Positions 20,388 to 31,494 of a DNA stretch of 64,000 nt are shown here, one piece after another. Position numbers and translations under genes: made by a program. Source of the DNA: Chloropicon primus (taxonomy: Eukaryota); assembly GCA_023205875.1 (NCBI GenBank), contig CP060756.1, positions 682,001-746,000 of the forward strand. The letters are read 5' to 3'. The notes under the pieces are model-generated. The model was not told the DNA's origin. It saw nothing but the letters and a program-made list of their open reading frames with translations, and made no database searches. Each line of letters starts with the position of its first letter. The stretch's first letter is position 1.

Positions 20388-23300
20388 TTACATGGGATAG
20401 AGGTTCGAGGTCGTCAAAAGCGCTTCGTCGCTCGAGAGTATCCCCGCCCACCTCTCCCCCCCAGCCCGAAGCGTGCTCAGCATCTTGCTCATCGCGTCAC
20501 CCGTGCTCCCGTCCACGGCGTCCTTGTCCACCTTGGCCAAGAGACCCTCCATGGATTGCTTCAGAAGGCCGTAGGCGGCCGTCAAGTTGGACATGAGTCT
20601 CCAAGAGTTCCTTCCGTGCTTGTCGAATCCGAGGCTCGACTTGAATATGATTTCCTGCACGTAGGTGCTCAAGTTGAGGATTCGGCCAAACAGCTTCAAG
20701 AGGTCCCCGTGCATCTCGTGCTCATCGGCAGCGTTGCAGAGGCCCGCCGAGATATGTATCGACTGGATCTGGATACCAATGAGGGAGACGAGAAGGGAAT
20801 CCTTGAACGCGTCCGCGTTGCGCATCCTGCTCTCTGCGGATGGCAAAGAGATCAGGAGGAACTCGAGAAAGTAGCAGACGTTGGTGTACATGGTGTGCGC
20901 GATCTGAAAAGTGTAGCGGCTCGTCTTCACTTCTGCCCTTTCGGGGGTGTTCACGTACTTGCTGCTTCCCGCCATCGGTGCGACAGCCAGGCTCGTCCCG
21001 ACCTTGGGTCCCTTCGCGATTTCCGGCTTGACGGCGCCGAACCAGCCCTCCACCAAGATGGAGCCATCTTTGCCCTTGTGCAAGCTGACCTCCTTCTCGT
21101 CAAGCAATTGAGATTCCACGTAAAAGTATGGCTTCAGGGCAGGCTGGGCCGCATACACCAGGAAGATCACAACAGAGTCCTGCACGTTGACGATGCTGCT
21201 TGGAAGGGCCAAGTGCCACCTGCCCGCAAACTTAGACAGTGCATACAGGAGGAAGGCCACGTGTTTCACGATAACCAGCTCTCCCAGCTTCAACTTCCTG
21301 TCGTTGTTGGAGAAGGACGACAGCAGCGTCACGATATAAGGGTGGAGTTCGTCGGTCAAGGCCGAGGTGAAAACCCGGAGCGCGGCGATGCCGTCCGTTG
21401 AAGACATCAAGTCGGAACAGACGTACAGAAGAGTGCCCACCAGCTCCAACCAGCTGCACCACTCCGCAGAGCTGCTGTCCCCCCTCGACACGAGAAAGCT
21501 GGCGTACTTTATCAGCTGCCTGAAGGTGCCAAACTCCTTCCACCAATCTATCAGCGTGCTCGCCCCGGCACCGGTCTCTGCCAAGGATGCCGCAGTGACC
21601 AGCAGCATCGAGCGCAGCTCCGAGGGATAGGACTCCTCTCCCAGTTTGCAGAGCTCCATTTTGGCTGGGCTTTCTTCCAAGAGGGGTATCCAATCCCCGT
21701 GCGACATCTTCGGGGACAACCAGTCGTCGATGATGCATTTCATCACCAGCAGAGACGAAAGCTTCAGATCTTTGCTGGAATGGCAAAACGAGCAAGACAG
21801 AGAAAAGCTCTTCAGAACCGTTTCCATGCCGATGGAAACCACGCCTCCCGCTTCGCCCACGTTGGAGTAGACCGTGTGCAGCAAAGAGAGCAGCTTGATG
21901 CTCAGTCCCACACCAGAGTCACTTGTGTCGCTAGGGCTGCTCAACAGGAAAGTCAGCCAGTTATGCATCCACTCCGTGGACTCGCCCGTGGCGTAGAACA
22001 AGCTGTCAACCCAATCATCGTCCAGCAAATCGTGGTCCAAGCCAATCGTCAGTGCCGTGGAACAGACTTGAACCAGCGACTTGTTGAACGTGAGAACCAG
22101 CTCCTCTATCGGGCTGAAAGCCGTGAAGAGAGTATTGCAGACATCGTGGTTTGTGAGCTGCCCCAGCGACCAGTTCAAGGTTTCGACGGTATCGTCCAAG
22201 AACTTTGTCAGATCCAGACAATCGAAGTTCGCATCCTTTTGCTCTTTGGCGATGAATGCAATGCTGCTTGCGGCTTTTGAGAGACTCATTGCAGCAGCCT
22301 CGACTTGCGACTGAGCATTGATCTTTCTCACCAGGCTCTGTATTGCCTCTGTCTTCTGCATCGCCATGTAGTCTTGGGACAGGATGGAGAAATCGACTGC
22401 GAACTTCTCTGGGCCCAGCTCCTCGTATTCCTTCAACCACATCGAGTGCCTCGGCGTCCGAGATTCCAAGCAGCACAGGAAGAGGCGCTCCACGGAAGAC
22501 GAAAACTGCAGGCTTTGGTTCAGGTCCTCGGGCTGCATGGCAGAGATATCTTCTGGGAACTGCTCCGACCCCCTTGGAAAGTTTTCCTCCACGAATGTCA
22601 AAAGCGCCCTGATCCCCATGTGACTAAAAACGTTAGCAATGGAAGAGCTCTCCACAAGCAGGGATCTCAACTTGACCTGAAGCCTTTGCCTGGTGCTCAC
22701 ATCAATTTTGATACTGGCAAACTCCAGGATGATGTTTGAAAAATTGGTTTCGACCCAGCTCTTGATTGACGCAGCTCTACCTTGGTGCGCGCTGTAACCT
22801 CGCGAGGAGAGGAAGAACTCGTGGGCCAAGATGTTGAGGGCACACGCGTGAATTCTGCAGAAATAATCTTGCCCGAAATCAGAAAATTTGAAGGTCCACG
22901 CCGCGCCCAAAGAATTCCACTGCTGGGTGCTTGATGCCAATTCCTCTATGGTGTTCCACGAAGCCTTGTTCTCCAAAATGCCTTGGGTGATGAAAGACAG
23001 GCCTGAGACCCAAGCGCAGTCCAAGAACTCCAGCAAGGCGCAGTAAGCCGACGGCTGCTTTGTTCTGCACTCGTCGTTCACAAGGCACAGGCACAGGTTG
23101 CGTATCCACAAGCTCAGCAACTTGTTCTCGCTCCTGCTGTCATATCCAGGAATAATGACGGGGGGGAACGGGTACCTGACGTGAACCAAAAGCGTCAGAA
23201 ACTCGACTGTGCTCGTGAACAATTCCGGATTGCCCAAAAGACTCTCTTCGGACAGCGAAGACGCGACCACGTGCAAGAGCTTGGAGGATTCGGCTGAAGT

Positions 23301-26225
23301 CAAAGAGTAGGGATAGCAGCATTGAAGAAGCCCTATGTTGTCCAGACGGGAAGCAAGCCTCGCCACCCCCTTCATGACATCGAACGCAAGCTGCCTGGCG
23401 TTCAGGTCAAACTGGTACTCGCAATAGGAAGTCACGACTTTCACGAGACTCTCGGAGCCGCTCGGCATGAAATTCGAGACGATGCAAGGAAAGACGTCCT
23501 GGTTCAGACTATCCCTTTCCACCATAGCCAAGAGGCGGAGAAGCAGCTTTCCGGCTGTCTGAATGCAAGCCTCCATCTTTGAGGCAAGCAGGTTTTGTCC
23601 CTTTGCGTGCATGACTTCGGTTCTTGAGGCTTCGGACAAAAGCATCGATGACCTCATCACTATGGCGATAGAAAACTTGTTGGTCAAAAAGGAGTCCATG
23701 TCCTCTGTGAAGGAGGTTCTTCCCTCGGTCCAATCAAAGTCCCTCAAAGGGCGTTGATTCTGGACTCGCCTCATGCTATGCAACAGCTCGTATACCCTCA
23801 GGGAATTGTGAACAAGGTTCAGTGCTGCGGACACCAAATCAAGCCGCTGGTGAGCGAAAAGGAACGTCATCGTCTGGATATTCGACAGCACCCCAAAGGT
23901 ACCGAAGTACAGGTAAAGAGCAGACTCTGGCCCAAACACCGCTTTCTCGACGAGCGAGTTTGCGAGCTTGAGAAACGTTATGGTAAACTCAAAGCTTCCT
24001 GTGCTGACTTCGTTCCTGTAAATGTCGGCCACGGTTGGAATGCACTGGGCGGGGTCGGATAAATTTGATTGGGACACGGACCCTGCGCCCCCTACCACAG
24101 TCCTCAGCCAGCTGCCGATCAGCTTGGGGTCGCACGTGGAGACCGCCACCGCTAGATGGAGGCAGGACGACAGAACTCTGAGGCATACGTCTGCTTCTTC
24201 CTTCTTGGCATGCGCCAAGATGGTCTTGTACCTGTCAAAGATGAGGGCAGCGACATCCAACAACCTGATCTCGTTTTCGTTAATCTTCACCGCCATCAAC
24301 TCTTCCCAGTGATTCATGCTGTTTGTCAAGACCGAGCTCAAGAGCTTGAACGACAATTGAATCTCTTCTGAGTTTGATAGTATCTCCGTGGACAGCGAAA
24401 AGCTGTGAAGCCTGCTGAGAATCAGAAAGTACCCATCGATGTCAACCATCCAGCTGACAAGATATTTTGATTCCGAGCTGTCCCTCCCGTCGTCTTGGTA
24501 GTACTCAAGGACATTTCCAATAACCTTGTCGTCTAGAAACAGGCCGGGGCAATCAGGAAGCTGGTACACGCTATTCTTGACTATCCGCACTTGTCTTCCT
24601 ATTTGCAGGTGCATTCTCTCTTGCACCTGGTGCCTCATGTGCATTTCAGAGGCCGCGTCCATCAAATCCGAGGGGCTGTGGAACACGGACACGCTCCTCA
24701 AGTCTCTGAAGTGGTTCAAAACCTGGTCATTCACCAGGTTTGCGCTCGCCTCGTGCACCGCTTCGCACAGAGCTTGAAGCAGCCTCATGTACGGGATTGG
24801 CAGGGTCGGGAAGAGCTGCTGGCATTCTCCAAGAAAATTTCTTATTGGCTGGTCCAGAGCGTAATCTTCGTCCCAAAATTGTTCCACCAAAGCCGGCTCC
24901 CCGGAGAGCGTCATGACTAGGATAGACGTGAGCGCATCGAGCACGTTGTGGGGCAACCTCTTTGGAGTGAGCTCGAAGGCAACCAAAAGCGCAGAGGAAA
25001 AGTTCTTCAAGACGCTGTGGTACGCCGTCGAGTCGGTGCCCGATCGGACCACGTCATCGCTCAGGGCAAAGACGAGTCTGTCCAGGGCGCCGTGAGAAAT
25101 CGAGTTGGATGCCACTTGCTCGACGTTCGAGCCCACCTTGGCGTGCTTGGAGTTCAGCACGTGCTTCAGCTGCTGAGAGACCGCCCACACGAGCGTGAAG
25201 TGAGGCTGGCCAATGCTCTCGACTTCTGCGCCCGTCAGATCCAGCTCGTTCCACTTGGACAAATCAGGCTGCGCCTGACTCGTGCCGAGCGCAAGCATCT
25301 CCAGCAACCCATCCACGTCCAGCATCTCCAAAAAAATGAATACGGACGTGCTCAGCGTGCTCATCACGTTCTTCGCGGCGTCAGGGGACAGCGACGAGCT
25401 TATGGAGTCCAGCTGCATGTCGCAGGTGAACTTCACCATCTTGTCCAGATCCCCTTTGCAGGGCACGTTGTCCTCCTGGTAGTAAAAGAGGAATATCTGC
25501 TGTGTCAGCAGGAGCTGCTCCAGGGTCTGCTGCTCCGTCCAGTACTTTTGCAGCCCAACCTCGGCCGTCTTGTTTGGGCACCTGCCCAGACCCCCCTCCG
25601 TCTCCGTCTCCTCCTGGTACGCCGGCGCGAAGTGGTGGGACGGGAAATCGCTGACCGAGGCGTTCAGCGAGGACAGAGCCCTGTCCACCAAGCCCCGATC
25701 CATTCTCCCGACCACGTCCTTGAGCTGCAGGCTCTTCACATCCGGCTCGTCCCTCAGCTCGTTCCTGAGGACCTCCAGGACGCACTCCAGCAACGCCTGC
25801 CTCTCCTGAAAGTAGAACTCGCACACCTTGAACACCAACTCGGAGTCCTCCGTGCCCCTCCCAGTGGCCGAGGCATCCGACTTCCTGGTGCAAGCCTCGT
25901 TCGTTTCGTACTTGTGAAGAAGGACGTACGTTTGCACGGCATTCAGGTTCAGGATTTGGGACAAACCCAAAGCGAGGTGCTTCCTCGCCACGTCCAAGGC
26001 CTCCTGGCCCTCAGGAAACTTCAACCCCACATCCACGTGCCTCTCCGCTTTCTCCAACTCGACATACGACGCCTTGGTGAACCGCCGAAACTCCCTCGTC
26101 CCGTTCTTCAACCAAGGCTTCAAGTCGCACAAAAGTTCCGTATCCGTCACCTGCAACAAGTGAAGCTCCTCCCAGCAACTCCTGAACGACGTGCACGGCC
26201 ACGAAAGCCTTTCCCTCGTCTCCAT
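20388..26225 (-). CDS. Large alpha-solenoid nucleoporin, Nup188-like
   Basis: About 1945 aa and helical. The N-terminal LSQILNLNAVQTYVLL...FYFQERQALLECVLEVLR resembles Nup188/Nup205 N-termini. The likely start is METRERLSW. Confidence 0.65.
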   Translation of the reverse strand: METRERLSWPCTSFRSCWEELHLLQVTDTELLCDLKPWLKNGTREFRRFTKASYVELEKAERHVDVGLKFPEGQEALDVARKHLALGLSQILNLNAVQTYVLLHKYETNEACTRKSDASATGRGTEDSELVFKVCEFYFQERQALLECVLEVLRNELRDEPDVKSLQLKDVVGRMDRGLVDRALSSLNASVSDFPSHHFAPAYQEETETEGGLGRCPNKTAEVGLQKYWTEQQTLEQLLLTQQIFLFYYQEDNVPCKGDLDKMVKFTCDMQLDSISSSLSPDAAKNVMSTLSTSVFIFLEMLDVDGLLEMLALGTSQAQPDLSKWNELDLTGAEVESIGQPHFTLVWAVSQQLKHVLNSKHAKVGSNVEQVASNSISHGALDRLVFALSDDVVRSGTDSTAYHSVLKNFSSALLVAFELTPKRLPHNVLDALTSILVMTLSGEPALVEQFWDEDYALDQPIRNFLGECQQLFPTLPIPYMRLLQALCEAVHEASANLVNDQVLNHFRDLRSVSVFHSPSDLMDAASEMHMRHQVQERMHLQIGRQVRIVKNSVYQLPDCPGLFLDDKVIGNVLEYYQDDGRDSSESKYLVSWMVDIDGYFLILSRLHSFSLSTEILSNSEEIQLSFKLLSSVLTNSMNHWEELMAVKINENEIRLLDVAALIFDRYKTILAHAKKEEADVCLRVLSSCLHLAVAVSTCDPKLIGSWLRTVVGGAGSVSQSNLSDPAQCIPTVADIYRNEVSTGSFEFTITFLKLANSLVEKAVFGPESALYLYFGTFGVLSNIQTMTFLFAHQRLDLVSAALNLVHNSLRVYELLHSMRRVQNQRPLRDFDWTEGRTSFTEDMDSFLTNKFSIAIVMRSSMLLSEASRTEVMHAKGQNLLASKMEACIQTAGKLLLRLLAMVERDSLNQDVFPCIVSNFMPSGSESLVKVVTSYCEYQFDLNARQLAFDVMKGVARLASRLDNIGLLQCCYPYSLTSAESSKLLHVVASSLSEESLLGNPELFTSTVEFLTLLVHVRYPFPPVIIPGYDSRSENKLLSLWIRNLCLCLVNDECRTKQPSAYCALLEFLDCAWVSGLSFITQGILENKASWNTIEELASSTQQWNSLGAAWTFKFSDFGQDYFCRIHACALNILAHEFFLSSRGYSAHQGRAASIKSWVETNFSNIILEFASIKIDVSTRQRLQVKLRSLLVESSSIANVFSHMGIRALLTFVEENFPRGSEQFPEDISAMQPEDLNQSLQFSSSVERLFLCCLESRTPRHSMWLKEYEELGPEKFAVDFSILSQDYMAMQKTEAIQSLVRKINAQSQVEAAAMSLSKAASSIAFIAKEQKDANFDCLDLTKFLDDTVETLNWSLGQLTNHDVCNTLFTAFSPIEELVLTFNKSLVQVCSTALTIGLDHDLLDDDWVDSLFYATGESTEWMHNWLTFLLSSPSDTSDSGVGLSIKLLSLLHTVYSNVGEAGGVVSIGMETVLKSFSLSCSFCHSSKDLKLSSLLVMKCIIDDWLSPKMSHGDWIPLLEESPAKMELCKLGEESYPSELRSMLLVTAASLAETGAGASTLIDWWKEFGTFRQLIKYASFLVSRGDSSSAEWCSWLELVGTLLYVCSDLMSSTDGIAALRVFTSALTDELHPYIVTLLSSFSNNDRKLKLGELVIVKHVAFLLYALSKFAGRWHLALPSSIVNVQDSVVIFLVYAAQPALKPYFYVESQLLDEKEVSLHKGKDGSILVEGWFGAVKPEIAKGPKVGTSLAVAPMAGSSKYVNTPERAEVKTSRYTFQIAHTMYTNVCYFLEFLLISLPSAESRMRNADAFKDSLLVSLIGIQIQSIHISAGLCNAADEHEMHGDLLKLFGRILNLSTYVQEIIFKSSLGFDKHGRNSWRLMSNLTAAYGLLKQSMEGLLAKVDKDAVDGSTGDAMSKMLSTLRAGGERWAGILSSDEALLTTSNLYPM

Positions 26226-26338
26226 TCCGACCGCCACCACCTCAACCTCCTCCTCTTCTCGCGCGATCGATCGCTCCCTCCGATCACTAGAGCAGCAGCA
26301 GCTGGCCGCTTCAAAAACCCACGAAGAGAAGCGGCGGC

Positions 26339-26340
<2 letters not shown>

Positions 26341-26382
<42 letters not shown>
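26341..26382 (+). repeat. (GA)n microsatellite abutting the TOM7 start codon
   Basis: About 21 GA units run directly into the ATG at 26382. Confidence 0.95.
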
Positions 26383-26385
<3 letters not shown>

Positions 26386-26815
26386 TGAAGATATCGGAGA
26401 AGGTTGTTGCTGCGTACGAGACGGTCACGGATGCTTTGGAGAAGTACGCCAAGGTGAGTCGTCGTCAGTGAGGGAAGAGGGAACGGCCTCAGTGGGGCGC
26501 GTGCGTGCGTGGCGTGGCGTGGCGTGGGGGATGGGGGACCAAGGAGGCGGCCAAGGGCATGGTATGCGTATGCTTCGCGACCGAACGACGGGCTGTTTGG
26601 CGGAGCTCCGCGTCGGGAGGTTTTGTCTGACAATGCGAGCTCTCTCTCTCTCTCTATGTTTGTTTGTTTGTTTGTTTGTGTTTGTGTGTGTGTCTTTCTC
26701 TTCTTTGCAGCCTGCCTTTCACTACGGCTTGATCCCGCTGATCATCGTGGTGGGGATGACGATCAAGCAGGACGGACGCAGGCCAACTCTGGCCCAGCTT
26801 CTGAGCCCCATGTGA
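26382..26815 (+). CDS. TOM7: Mitochondrial import receptor subunit TOM7, 2 exons
   Basis: Exons are 26382-26453 and 26711-26815 (GTGAGT...TTGCAG). The protein MVKISEKVVAAYETVTDALEKYAK|PAFHYGLIPLIIVVGM...RPTLAQLLSPM has the TOM7 HYGxIPLIIxxGM and QLLSP motifs. Confidence 0.92.
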
Positions 26816-27094
26816 AGGATGTAGGGGACTTGCTGCCGCTCTGGAAGTCGGGAGGGGGCGTGCCCGGCCCCGAGGGGCGAGCGTCCGGGGGGTGGGCGAG
26901 TGCGCATGACACGAGGGAGGGGGAAAGTGGTTTGCCGAGCAATGCTGCTTCGCAAGTGAATTATTATTCCTTTTCTCTTCTTTTAGTACATTACATCGCC
27001 TTTATGAAGTTACAAGTCAGCTAGTCTAACCTAATCCCAGTCTCGAGAGATGATGATGATGATGTTTGTTGTTGTTGTTGTTGTTGTTGAGTCT

Positions 27095-28384
27095 TCAGTG
27101 CCTGAACGGCTTCTCGTGGCTCACGCACATTTTGGAGTGCATCCTGTACTTCTCCTTGAGCGGCATCAGGGGGGCGTCAGGCTCGGACTCCTCGCAAGCC
27201 TGCTGGTGCACCTTCTCCACGAACGAGGCGCAGTCCAGGAGCTGCCTCTCCTTGTAGCCGGTCAGGGCCTCCAGACCCTTCGTCCAGGTGCGCTTCCTGC
27301 TCACGTACACGGCACTCGAGGCGACCAGGCAGGGCGGGTACCTGAGGAAGCCGTAGTTCATGGAGCAAAGCTCGACCAGGTACGAGGCCATGAAGTAGTT
27401 CCTCTGGCTCATGCCCGTGGCCTCGTTGATGATGTTCACGTAGCCCCCCATGGACGGACTGTGGATCCTGTAGTCCAGAATCTGCAGGATGCTCACCTCC
27501 ATCCTTTTCACTTCCTTGGCGCTGAAGGTGTCGGCCGACATCCTGGAAAAGTCCTTCACCGAGGGGTGGACGACTTCCTCCATCTTGCTCGCTATCAGCA
27601 TGCTGGAGATGGCCACCAGCTGAAGGACCTTCCTCGAGACCGGCTCGGGGGACAGGGTGAGGAACCTGTCGAATATCCTGATCGCGAGCAGCAAGGTCTC
27701 TTGCTCGAACTTGAACTCGAGGGACAGCTCCACCATCCAGCCGCAGCAGATGGTCCTCATGTTGCTGTTGATGTACTCGGTCGGCAGCCTGGCCACGTCG
27801 TGGTTCTTCAGGTAGTCGGCGCTCGGCCTCGTCTCCTCGTCCTTCTGGCTCAAAAATCTGAAGCTCCCCGCCAGCTCCTTGACGCACGACGGCGACACGA
27901 GCTTCTTCTTCTGCGAGGCGGAGCACGACGGCGACACGACGATGGGCGCGACCACCCGCTTGCTGTGCCTGTGCTGCGGCTCGCGTCCGTTCTCCGGGGA
28001 CTGAATTTTCGTGATCGCGGCCAGGCCGTCCTCGCTGTGGGAGGCCAGGGGGGACTCGTTGCAGCGGAGCAGGCACTCGACCGAGGCCTTGGTCGTCGTA
28101 GACACGCAGCTCGCCGAGCTGTTGACAGATCCCTTGTTCTTCAGCTCCAGCACGGCGAAATCGCTGCTGGTCGTGGCCTCCGCGCCAACCATGATGAGGT
28201 TTTGCGTCTTGGCCTTCGACCTGGTGACTCGACTGCTACTGTTCGAGACGCCGACCCCCAAAGAAGGAGGAGCAAGAAGACCCTTGGTGGTGGTGGTGGT
28301 GGTCGCAATCGCTTCCTTCTGCTCCTGTAGAATGGTTGATCTTTTCCTCTTTCTCACGGCGGCGGCTGGTGGTTCTGAGGTCAT
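27095..28384 (-). CDS. A/B-type cyclin (divergent)
   Basis: Cyclin box MRTICCGWMVEL...ETLLLAIRIFDRFL...LQLVAISSMLIASKMEE plus a C-terminal cyclin fold. The likely start is MTSEPPAA. Confidence 0.9.
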   Translation of the reverse strand: MTSEPPAAAVRKRKRSTILQEQKEAIATTTTTTKGLLAPPSLGVGVSNSSSRVTRSKAKTQNLIMVGAEATTSSDFAVLELKNKGSVNSSASCVSTTTKASVECLLRCNESPLASHSEDGLAAITKIQSPENGREPQHRHSKRVVAPIVVSPSCSASQKKKLVSPSCVKELAGSFRFLSQKDEETRPSADYLKNHDVARLPTEYINSNMRTICCGWMVELSLEFKFEQETLLLAIRIFDRFLTLSPEPVSRKVLQLVAISSMLIASKMEEVVHPSVKDFSRMSADTFSAKEVKRMEVSILQILDYRIHSPSMGGYVNIINEATGMSQRNYFMASYLVELCSMNYGFLRYPPCLVASSAVYVSRKRTWTKGLEALTGYKERQLLDCASFVEKVHQQACEESEPDAPLMPLKEKYRMHSKMCVSHEKPFRH

Positions 28385-29539
28385 GGATGATGTGTGTGTG
28401 TGTGTGTGATGGTGGTCGTCGTGCTTTTTTTTCTCTCTCGTCAAGCCGCAAGCAAGCAAGTCCCTACTTGCTTGCTGCTGAGTTCCCGCGGTGACGGGAC
28501 AAGCGGTGACGACACGCGGCTTTGCGCCAAAAAAAAAACAAACAAAGCGATCGAGGCGCGATCGAGGATCCAATCAATCCCCGGTGGGTCCGATCTCCAC
28601 GTTCGAAAGATCGAGACACGAGACAGTTGTCGTGGTAGGGTTCTCTCTTCTACCCTCCCTCCCTTGCACCCAAAAAAAGAGGGCGCGCGCGAAGAAAGAA
28701 CAAGAAGCGAACAAGAAGACGAAGCGAAGAAAGGACTCGGGTTGCGGAGATCGTAACCTTCTTCTGCGATCGATCGGAGTCCCCCTCTCTGTCTTACGGT
28801 ACTCGTGGCTCGTGCGAGTGTTCGCCGCCCCCTTGGCGTTTTTCCTCCCTCCAAAACCAAAAAAATCCGAAAACCTCCCGCCCATTGAATTTTCATCATG
28901 TGTGAAAAAATTAGGAGGGAAAATTTCATCTTCGCCCCTCCCCAGCTGTCAGCGTCAAGGTTTGAAAAAACTCTGGAGGATCGCAAGGGAAGGAACCTTT
29001 GAGCTTGAGCTTGAGCTTGAGCGTGAGGGGGATGGAGGGATCCAAACCAAGAGGACTTCTTCTGGGATCTGGGATCTCTGTCGTGATCTGTTCTTGCCAT
29101 CCCCTCCGGCTGCTTGTCTTGTTCTCTCTTCTTTCTTTCTTTCTTTCTTCCTCACAAGAGGACGAGATGAAAAAACGCAAAAACGCAGAGAGACATCGAG
29201 ATGTGTGTGTGTTGTTGTTGCGTTTGGAGGGGGATCGTGGATCATGGCTTCCTCTCCCTCCCCACCACCCTCGGATCATCACTCCCCCCCTCTCTCTCTC
29301 TCTCTCTCCCTCTCTCTCTCCTCAGAAATTCCCCGCCAAAATCCCTCTCTCAGAAGCAGAAGGCCTCGCTCGGGCCCGTCGAGAGACCTCGCGAGCGAGG
29401 AGGGCGAAGGCGGACAAGAGAAGAAAGGAGGCCCGCTCCCCGAGTAGCTCCCTCCCCGAGTAGCTCCCTCCCCGCCAGCACAAGGAAATAAAAATAGCAT
29501 CGTCAACGTCGACACAAACCTGCTGCTGCTGCTGCTGCT

Positions 29540-31426
29540 ATGGTGCTGCGCGTGCTGAATGTGGCGGAGAAGCCCAGCGTTGCGAGGGAGGCGAGCAAGG
29601 CCCTGTCGAGGAACCAGGCGACGTACAGGAGGGGGCCGGGGAACACCGGGTGCTACGAGTTCCGGTACAGGGTTCAGGGGTTGGACTGCACCATGGTGTT
29701 CACCTCGGTGGCGGGCCACCTCATGAGCACGGACTTCCAGGAGCCCTTCAACAAGTGGAGGAGCTGCGCGCCCCTCGACCTGTTCCACAAGCCCCTGAGG
29801 CGGTACGTGCCGAGCGGCAAGAGGGACCTGAAGACGAACCTGGAGCAGGAGGCGAGGAGGGCCCAGTGGCTCATCCTTTGGCTGGACTGCGACAGGGAGG
29901 GCGAGCACATCTGCTTCGAGGTCATGGAGGTGTGCTGCGGGGTGAACAGGCGCCTCAGGGTGCTCCGGGCCCAGTTCTCCACCCTGCTGCAGAGGGACCT
30001 GGCGCACGCCCTGGAGACTCTCAGGGAGCCCCGCCGGAGCGAGGCGGACGCCGTGGACGCCAGGCAAGAGATCGACCTGAGGTCGGGGGCCTCCTTCACG
30101 AGGTTCCTCACCCTTTCCCTGCAGAACAAGTTCGACTGGTCGTCCAACTTGGGTCCCACGAGCGGAAGCCCCGTGATCAGCTACGGCCCGTGCCAGTTCC
30201 CCACTCTGGGCTTCATCGTGAAGAGGCAGTGGGAGATCTACGCCCACGTCCCGGAGGAGTTCTGGTACGTCCACGTGGCGTACCGCAACGAGTCGACCAG
30301 GCAGGCGTGCGACTTCGAGTGGGGGAGGAAGAGGATCTTCGACAAGTTCGCCGCGGAGATCTTCTTCGAGCCGTGCTCCGCAGAGGGCGCGGTCGCCAGG
30401 GTGGAGTCCATCAGGGAGAACCCCACGTACAAGTGGCCCCCCTACCCGCTGAGCACGATCGAGTTCGCCAAGAGGGCGAGCTCCTACCTCAGGATCGGGT
30501 CCCAGGAGGCCATGAAGGTGGCGGAGGACCTGTACCAGGCCGGGTTCATAAGCTACCCGAGGACGGAGACGGACAAGTTCTCGCCGGAGTTCGACCTCAG
30601 GGCCATCGTGGCGGAGCATACCTCCCACCCTCAGTGGGGGGCCTACGCCTCGAACCTCCTGGACCCCCAGACGGGCCTGTGGCGGAACCCGGGGAGCGGG
30701 GGGCACGACGACAAGGCCCACCCCCCGATCCACCCCACCAAGTTCACCGCGGGGGAGGCGAACTGGGACAACAAGAAGAAGAGGGTCTACGAGTTCGTGG
30801 TCCGCCACTTCCTGGCCTGCTGCAGCGAGAAGGCCGTCGGCTCCGAGAGCGTCATCCAGATCGACCTGGGGGGCGAGAAGTTCTCCACCAGGGGGGTGGC
30901 CGTGAAGGCGAGGAACTGGCTGGACGTGTACCCCTACAGGAACTGGAACCAGGCGAGCCTGCCCGACCTGAGGGAGGGGGAAACGTTCCGGCCCCACGAG
31001 GTGAGCCTGAGGAGCGGCCACACGAGGCCCCCCGAGAAGCTCAAGGAGACGGATCTCATCGCGAAGATGGAGCAGCACGGCATCGGGACGGATGCGACGA
31101 TGGCTCAGCACATCGAAACGACCCTGAAGCGAGGCTACGCGCTCAGGGAGGACCAAACGATGCAATTCTCCCCCACGCCCCTCGGGGAGGCTCTGGTCTA
31201 CGCGTACAAGGAGATGGGCCTGGACAACCTGTGGCAGCCCTTTCTCAGGGCGTACACGGAGTCCCAAGTCTCCAGCATTGCCTGCGGGCAGATCACCAAG
31301 AGCAGCGTCGTCCAGGACGCCATCGACAAGACCCAGGCCCAGTTCCGGAAGGCCCTGGCGCAGCTCATGGTGCTCGAGCGATGCGTCGGACACTTCTTCG
31401 CCAAGTCGCGAGGAAGGGGAAGGTAA
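29540..31426 (+). CDS. TOP3A: DNA topoisomerase III alpha (core only)
   Basis: VLNVAEKPSVA, TSVAGHL, WLDCDREGE, SYGPCQFPTLGF, catalytic GFISYPRTET, HPPIHPT and GIGTDAT. Confidence 0.93.
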   Translation: MVLRVLNVAEKPSVAREASKALSRNQATYRRGPGNTGCYEFRYRVQGLDCTMVFTSVAGHLMSTDFQEPFNKWRSCAPLDLFHKPLRRYVPSGKRDLKTNLEQEARRAQWLILWLDCDREGEHICFEVMEVCCGVNRRLRVLRAQFSTLLQRDLAHALETLREPRRSEADAVDARQEIDLRSGASFTRFLTLSLQNKFDWSSNLGPTSGSPVISYGPCQFPTLGFIVKRQWEIYAHVPEEFWYVHVAYRNESTRQACDFEWGRKRIFDKFAAEIFFEPCSAEGAVARVESIRENPTYKWPPYPLSTIEFAKRASSYLRIGSQEAMKVAEDLYQAGFISYPRTETDKFSPEFDLRAIVAEHTSHPQWGAYASNLLDPQTGLWRNPGSGGHDDKAHPPIHPTKFTAGEANWDNKKKRVYEFVVRHFLACCSEKAVGSESVIQIDLGGEKFSTRGVAVKARNWLDVYPYRNWNQASLPDLREGETFRPHEVSLRSGHTRPPEKLKETDLIAKMEQHGIGTDATMAQHIETTLKRGYALREDQTMQFSPTPLGEALVYAYKEMGLDNLWQPFLRAYTESQVSSIACGQITKSSVVQDAIDKTQAQFRKALAQLMVLERCVGHFFAKSRGRGR

Positions 31427-31494
31427 GTGGGTGAGAGAGGGAGGGGGGCTGCTCGGCCTGTACCATAGTACAAAGAAAGAAAGAAAAATGTAAT

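Noticed and set aside
27095..28384. Cyclin as the meiotic SDS-type cyclin forming a sex cluster with TOP3A and GEX1
   Set aside because: The subfamily cannot be assigned by eye and GEX1 is over 20 kb away. A phylogeny would be required.
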